DNA of 64,000 nt from Sedimentisphaerales bacterium. Its GTDB lineage: Bacteria; Planctomycetota; Phycisphaerae; Sedimentisphaerales; SM23-30. Positions within the stretch are counted from its first letter, which is position 1. Each line of letters opens with the position of its first letter. Below the pieces are notes generated by a model, which did not search any database, was not told the origin of the DNA, and worked only from the letters and a program-made list of their open reading frames with translations. The stretch is taken from positions 128,001 through 192,000 of the forward strand of contig CAXXFK010000033.1 in the NCBI GenBank assembly GCA_963663965.2, read 5' to 3'. The translations under genes and the position numbers were made by a program. This document shows, one piece after another, positions 61,670-64,000 of the stretch.

Positions 61670-63808
61670 ATGCATAAACACGCGTTTTTATACAGTTTGA
61701 TTGTGATGATGGTTGGTAGCCTGGCCGTTGCGGGGCAGTTGACGGATTTTGTCAATCCTTTGCTGGGGACGGCGCCGTTGACCGATCCGCGTGAGATCGG
61801 GTATGTGCCGCCGAAGGACTGGCGGGTCTGGGCGGGGCTGGTGTTTCCGGGGGCGTCGGTGCCCAACGCGATGGTCCAGTTGAGTCCGATTACGGAGTTT
61901 GGCAGCGGCGCCGGGTACGAGTATGAAGACAGGACGATCTACGCGTTTGCCCATACCAATAAAGGGCACTGGAACCTGTGCCATATCCCGATGCTGCCGG
62001 TGTGGGGTGAGGTGTCGCCGAGGGATTTCGGCTCGAGTTACCGTCATGAGAATGAGTCGGCCCGGCCGGGGTATTACCGGGTGTTGCTGGAGCGGTATAA
62101 TATCAACGCGGAACTGACCTCCACGCTGCGCTGCGGGTATCACCGCTACACTTATCGGGATAACCAGGCGAAGAAGCTGGTGGTTAACCTGGCGGTATCC
62201 AATGAGCGGGTGAGAGGGTGGGATATTGCCCAGGATGGCGAGATGGCGTTTAAAGGGTATCAGCGAACTGGGCGGAATACGGTTTATTTTTATGCCCGGA
62301 CCAACCAGCCGATTACAAAGATTGAAATGCTGGAAAATGGCCGGCGGACTGTGCCGCTGGTTCATTTTGCCGAGGATGCCAAGCCGCTGGAGATAAAAAT
62401 CGGGCTTTCGTTTGTCAGTAATGACAACGCCCGGGATAACCTGCGGGAGGTGGCGGGTAAGAGCTTCGACCAGGTGCGGCAGGAAGCGAACGAGACCTGG
62501 GAAAAACTGCTGGGTAAGATCCAGGTGACCGGCGGGACTGAGCGGCAGAAAATGCTGTTTTATTCGTGTTTGTACCGGTCGTTTCTGTGGCCGGCGTTGC
62601 GCAGTGATCTGAATGGCGAATTTACCGATGACCGGGGGCAGGTGGTCAACAAGGGATTTTGTTATTATACCACGCCGTCGCTGTGGGATACCTATCGCAA
62701 TAAACTGGTGCTGCTGGGGCTGTTGTCGCCGGAGGTGACGGTCGATGTGATCAAGTCTTTGATTGATCAGGGCGAAAAAAGCGGATTCATACCGACCTTT
62801 TTCCACGGCGATCACGCGGCGGTGTTTATTGCCGGTTCGTATCTGAGAGGATTAAAGGATTTTGATGTGGAAAGCGCTTATCAGCTGTTGTTGCGTAACG
62901 CGACGGTGGAAGGGGGGACTCGGCCCCATATTACCGAGTATATGGAAAAGGGGTATATTTCAACGCCGGTGGTGGAGAAGCCGCATGTGGAGACCAAGGC
63001 CAAGGCCGGTGTGACCAAGACGCTGGAATATGCCTATGATGATTATGCCGTGGCGCTGCTGGCCCGGGCCCTGCATGATGAGGCCAACTATGCCATGCTG
63101 ATGAAGCGAACGGGTAATTATAAGAATGTGTTCGATCGCGAGACCGGCCTGATGCGCGGGCGGCTGGCCAATGGCGAATGGGTCAAGAATTTCGATCCGC
63201 AGTACCCGTATTATGAATACATGTATCGGGAGGCGAACGCGTGGCAGTCTACCTTCTTTGCCCCGCATGATATGGCAGGATTGGTTGGCCTGTATCCCGG
63301 TAAAGCAGCCTTTGAACGGAAGGTGGATGAGCTGTTTACGATACCATGGAACAAAGAGCATATCGCCCGGAATGTGTCTTCGTTTATCGGCCAATATTGT
63401 CATGGGAATCAGCCGGACCACAGTTCGCCGTATCTGTACTATTTTGTGGATAAGCCGGAAAAATCACAGAGGATTATCGATCGCCTTTTGAATGAATTTT
63501 ACGGTATGGGTGAGGATGGCCTGGCGTATTGCGGTATGGACGACGCGGGCGAGATGTCGGCGTGGTATGTGTTTAACGCGATCGGGTTTTATCCCTTTTC
63601 GCCGGCCGATCCGGAGTATATTGTTACCGTGCCGATCTTTGATACGGTCCAAATGCAGTTGCCGGAGGGGAAGGCCTGTGAGATTGTCCGGCAGGGTGGA
63701 AGCCGGACGCTGGGCGATATCCGCTGCGGCCAGAAGAAAGTCGAGGGCTATTTTATTACGCATCAGGCGCTGGAAGACTGCACGCAGATTGTTATTGCAA
63801 CGCGATAA
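61670..63808 (+). CDS. GH92 alpha-mannosidase
   Basis: FVNPLLGT, PGASVPNAMVQLSP, SLWDTYR, TLEYAYDDY, YREANAWQ, YCHGNQPDH, DDAGEMSAWYVF. Confidence 0.95.
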   Translation: MHKHAFLYSLIVMMVGSLAVAGQLTDFVNPLLGTAPLTDPREIGYVPPKDWRVWAGLVFPGASVPNAMVQLSPITEFGSGAGYEYEDRTIYAFAHTNKGHWNLCHIPMLPVWGEVSPRDFGSSYRHENESARPGYYRVLLERYNINAELTSTLRCGYHRYTYRDNQAKKLVVNLAVSNERVRGWDIAQDGEMAFKGYQRTGRNTVYFYARTNQPITKIEMLENGRRTVPLVHFAEDAKPLEIKIGLSFVSNDNARDNLREVAGKSFDQVRQEANETWEKLLGKIQVTGGTERQKMLFYSCLYRSFLWPALRSDLNGEFTDDRGQVVNKGFCYYTTPSLWDTYRNKLVLLGLLSPEVTVDVIKSLIDQGEKSGFIPTFFHGDHAAVFIAGSYLRGLKDFDVESAYQLLLRNATVEGGTRPHITEYMEKGYISTPVVEKPHVETKAKAGVTKTLEYAYDDYAVALLARALHDEANYAMLMKRTGNYKNVFDRETGLMRGRLANGEWVKNFDPQYPYYEYMYREANAWQSTFFAPHDMAGLVGLYPGKAAFERKVDELFTIPWNKEHIARNVSSFIGQYCHGNQPDHSSPYLYYFVDKPEKSQRIIDRLLNEFYGMGEDGLAYCGMDDAGEMSAWYVFNAIGFYPFSPADPEYIVTVPIFDTVQMQLPEGKACEIVRQGGSRTLGDIRCGQKKVEGYFITHQALEDCTQIVIATR

Positions 63809-63878
63809 CGTGTGCGGTTTAAACGTGCTATGATAGTGACTGGTGGATGTCTGTGTCGAAATTAAAAGGAGTCTGGCA

Positions 63879-64000
63879 ATGGCTGAACGGTTGAAGGATC
63901 TGTTTTTTATTCCGGAGTCGGTGGCGGCGCTGGCCGATGCGATTAAGGGGGAATTTAAGGGGTTTGACAAAGAGGCGTTTCTGCGGCTGGCGCTGACGGA
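63879..64000 (+). CDS. Probable DNA alkylation repair (HEAT-repeat, COG4335-like) protein, partial
   Basis: AAGGAG RBS; MAERLKDLFFIPESVAALADAIKGEFKGFDKEAFL resembles this family's N-terminus; only 40 codons visible. Confidence 0.55.
   Translation, partial: MAERLKDLFFIPESVAALADAIKGEFKGFDKEAFLRLALT

Noticed and set aside
61688..62815. 375-aa minus-strand ORF
   Set aside because: Antisense shadow of the GH92 gene

Overview
Bacterial chromosomal window, most likely from a Planctomycetota (Phycisphaerae/Sedimentisphaerales-like) genome. This is inferred from the PEP-CTERM genes, dockerin-like tails, prepilin-type protein, sulfatase, HzsA-like/FGE protein and many glycoside hydrolases. Layout: (1) partial GH2 beta-galactosidase; (2) a two-component/c-di-GMP signalling cluster at 1.8-18.5 kb (three hybrid kinases, a His-less REC-PAS pseudokinase, an HD-GYP regulator, two single-domain receivers) interrupted by a flippase and an FkbM methyltransferase; (3) tRNA-Arg(ACG), a sulfatase and a GH106; (4) a largely non-coding stretch at 27.8-28.7 kb holding two paralogous promoter-to-terminator sRNA candidates and a divergent, highly structured ~370-nt RNA candidate; (5) housekeeping and secreted-enzyme genes including thiC; (6) an accessory hotspot at 47.3-55 kb with an AbiEi/AbiEii pair hit by an IS66-family element, an XRE-ImmA/PIN pair, gene remnants and a recurring 55-bp motif; (7) a surface-protein locus at 55-61 kb; (8) GH92 and a partial DNA alkylation repair gene. 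The best candidate for an undescribed system is locus (7). A large secreted protein is translationally coupled to a PEP-CTERM gene and followed by two terminator-insulated orphan cassettes, each made of a 3' fragment of the large gene plus a PEP-CTERM variant. The three variants are mosaic, each has a G12-14 tract at the same codon, and one is frameshifted there. Three single-base frameshifts at 33.1-33.9 kb suggest local consensus errors, so all frameshift-based claims need read-level checking. All product calls come from motif recognition by eye; no database search was run.
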